Origin: Massalongia carnosa
Lineage: Eukaryota
Assembly: GCA_965645245.1 (NCBI GenBank)
Contig: OZ287069.1
Location: 3,272,290 to 3,292,289 of the forward strand
Length of the DNA: 20,000 bases
Direction: 5' to 3'
Part shown: piece by piece, positions 19,173 through 20,000 of the stretch
How positions within the stretch are numbered: the first letter of the stretch is position 1
Layout: each line of letters opens with the position of its first letter
Notes under the pieces: generated by a model
What the model was told of the DNA's origin: nothing
What the model saw: the letters and a program-made list of their open reading frames with translations, nothing else
The model's database searches: none
Program-made: the position numbers and the translations under genes

Positions 19173-20000
19173 AGTTAGTCTTCAATAAATCCAAGAATTT
19201 CACCTCTGACAATTGAATACTGATGCCCCCGACTATCCCTATTAATCATTACGGCGGTCCTAGAAACCAACAAAATAGAACCACACGTCCTATTCTATTA
19301 TTCCATGCTAATGTATTCGAGCATAGGCCTGCTTTGAACACTCTAATTTTTTCAAAGTAAAAGTCCTGGTTCCCCGACACACCCAATAAAGGGCATGCGA
19401 CTCCCCAGAAGGAAAGGCCCGGCCGGACCAGTGCACGCGGTGAGGCGGACCGGCCAGCCAGGCCCAAGTTTCAACTACGAGCTTTTTAACTGCAACAACT
19501 TTAATATACGCTATTGGAGCTGGAATTACCGCGGCTGCTGGCCGTTTATCGTCCCGAACCCGGGGCGCCGACGTCTCCGCATGCGCCCAAGGACACCCGC
19601 AAGGATGGGAATAGCACGTCCCTCGAGCCGCCCGTTATGGGTCGGCCGGCACCTTTTCGCGCTTTACAATGACATGAAAGCATGTTCACTGCGAGATCGT
19701 CCGAAGAGCCTTTCGGCGTCTTCCGATGTTCCCCGAGCCAGGTAGCCTCGCCCTACGTGTTGAAGCCAAAACGTCGGACTGACAGGCGCAATCGCCCCCC
19801 GGACCCTTGGGGGGGGATGAAGCCTGTATTTTCTGGTGCCAAGCATTGCTCATTAACGTTCACCAGACTTGCCCTCCAATTGTTCCTCGTTAAGGAATTT
19901 AAATTGTACTCATTTCAATTGCAAAACCCAAAAGAGCTCTGCATCAATATTTATTGTCACTACCTCCCCGTGTCGGGATTGGGTAATTTGCGCGCCTGCT
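18302..20000 (-). rRNA. 18S rRNA gene, 3' part (runs off the window end), containing the S516 intron
   Basis: Matches 2365-4063. Confidence 0.97.
19543..19861 (-). ncRNA. Group I intron S516 (copy 2)
   Basis: Matches 3606-3924. Confidence 0.92.

Overview
The window is fungal (Pezizomycotina-type ascomycete) nuclear rDNA, transcribed on the minus strand, with no credible protein-coding genes. One repeat unit is 11,580 bp: 18S, ITS1, 5.8S, ITS2, 28S and about 4.1 kb of IGS/ETS. Positions 1-8220 and 8421-20000 are redundant copies separated by a 200-N gap, and 8421-20000 is exactly one circularly permuted unit. Each unit carries seven compact group I introns of 208-322 nt, too short to encode a homing endonuclease. 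By my E. coli-numbering alignment they sit at S287, S516, L800, L1025, L1921, L2066 and L2437/2438. Removing them leaves normal-sized rRNAs (about 1802 and 3363 nt). Such intron-rich rDNA is typical of lichen-forming ascomycetes, but the taxon cannot be fixed from this sequence alone. The most notable observations are: (1) two introns (L1025, S516) lack the canonical U·G pair at the 5' splice site and have guide sequences perfectly complementary to the ligated exon junction; (2) the 3'-ETS/IGS holds a 96-bp tandem array in which each unit folds into a GNRA-capped hairpin, with three compensatory base-pair changes in a diverged sixth copy; (3) an A-to-C change lies in the 18S central pseudoknot; (4) the IGS contains a long foldback, a Reb1-like motif cluster and promoter-proximal repeats.
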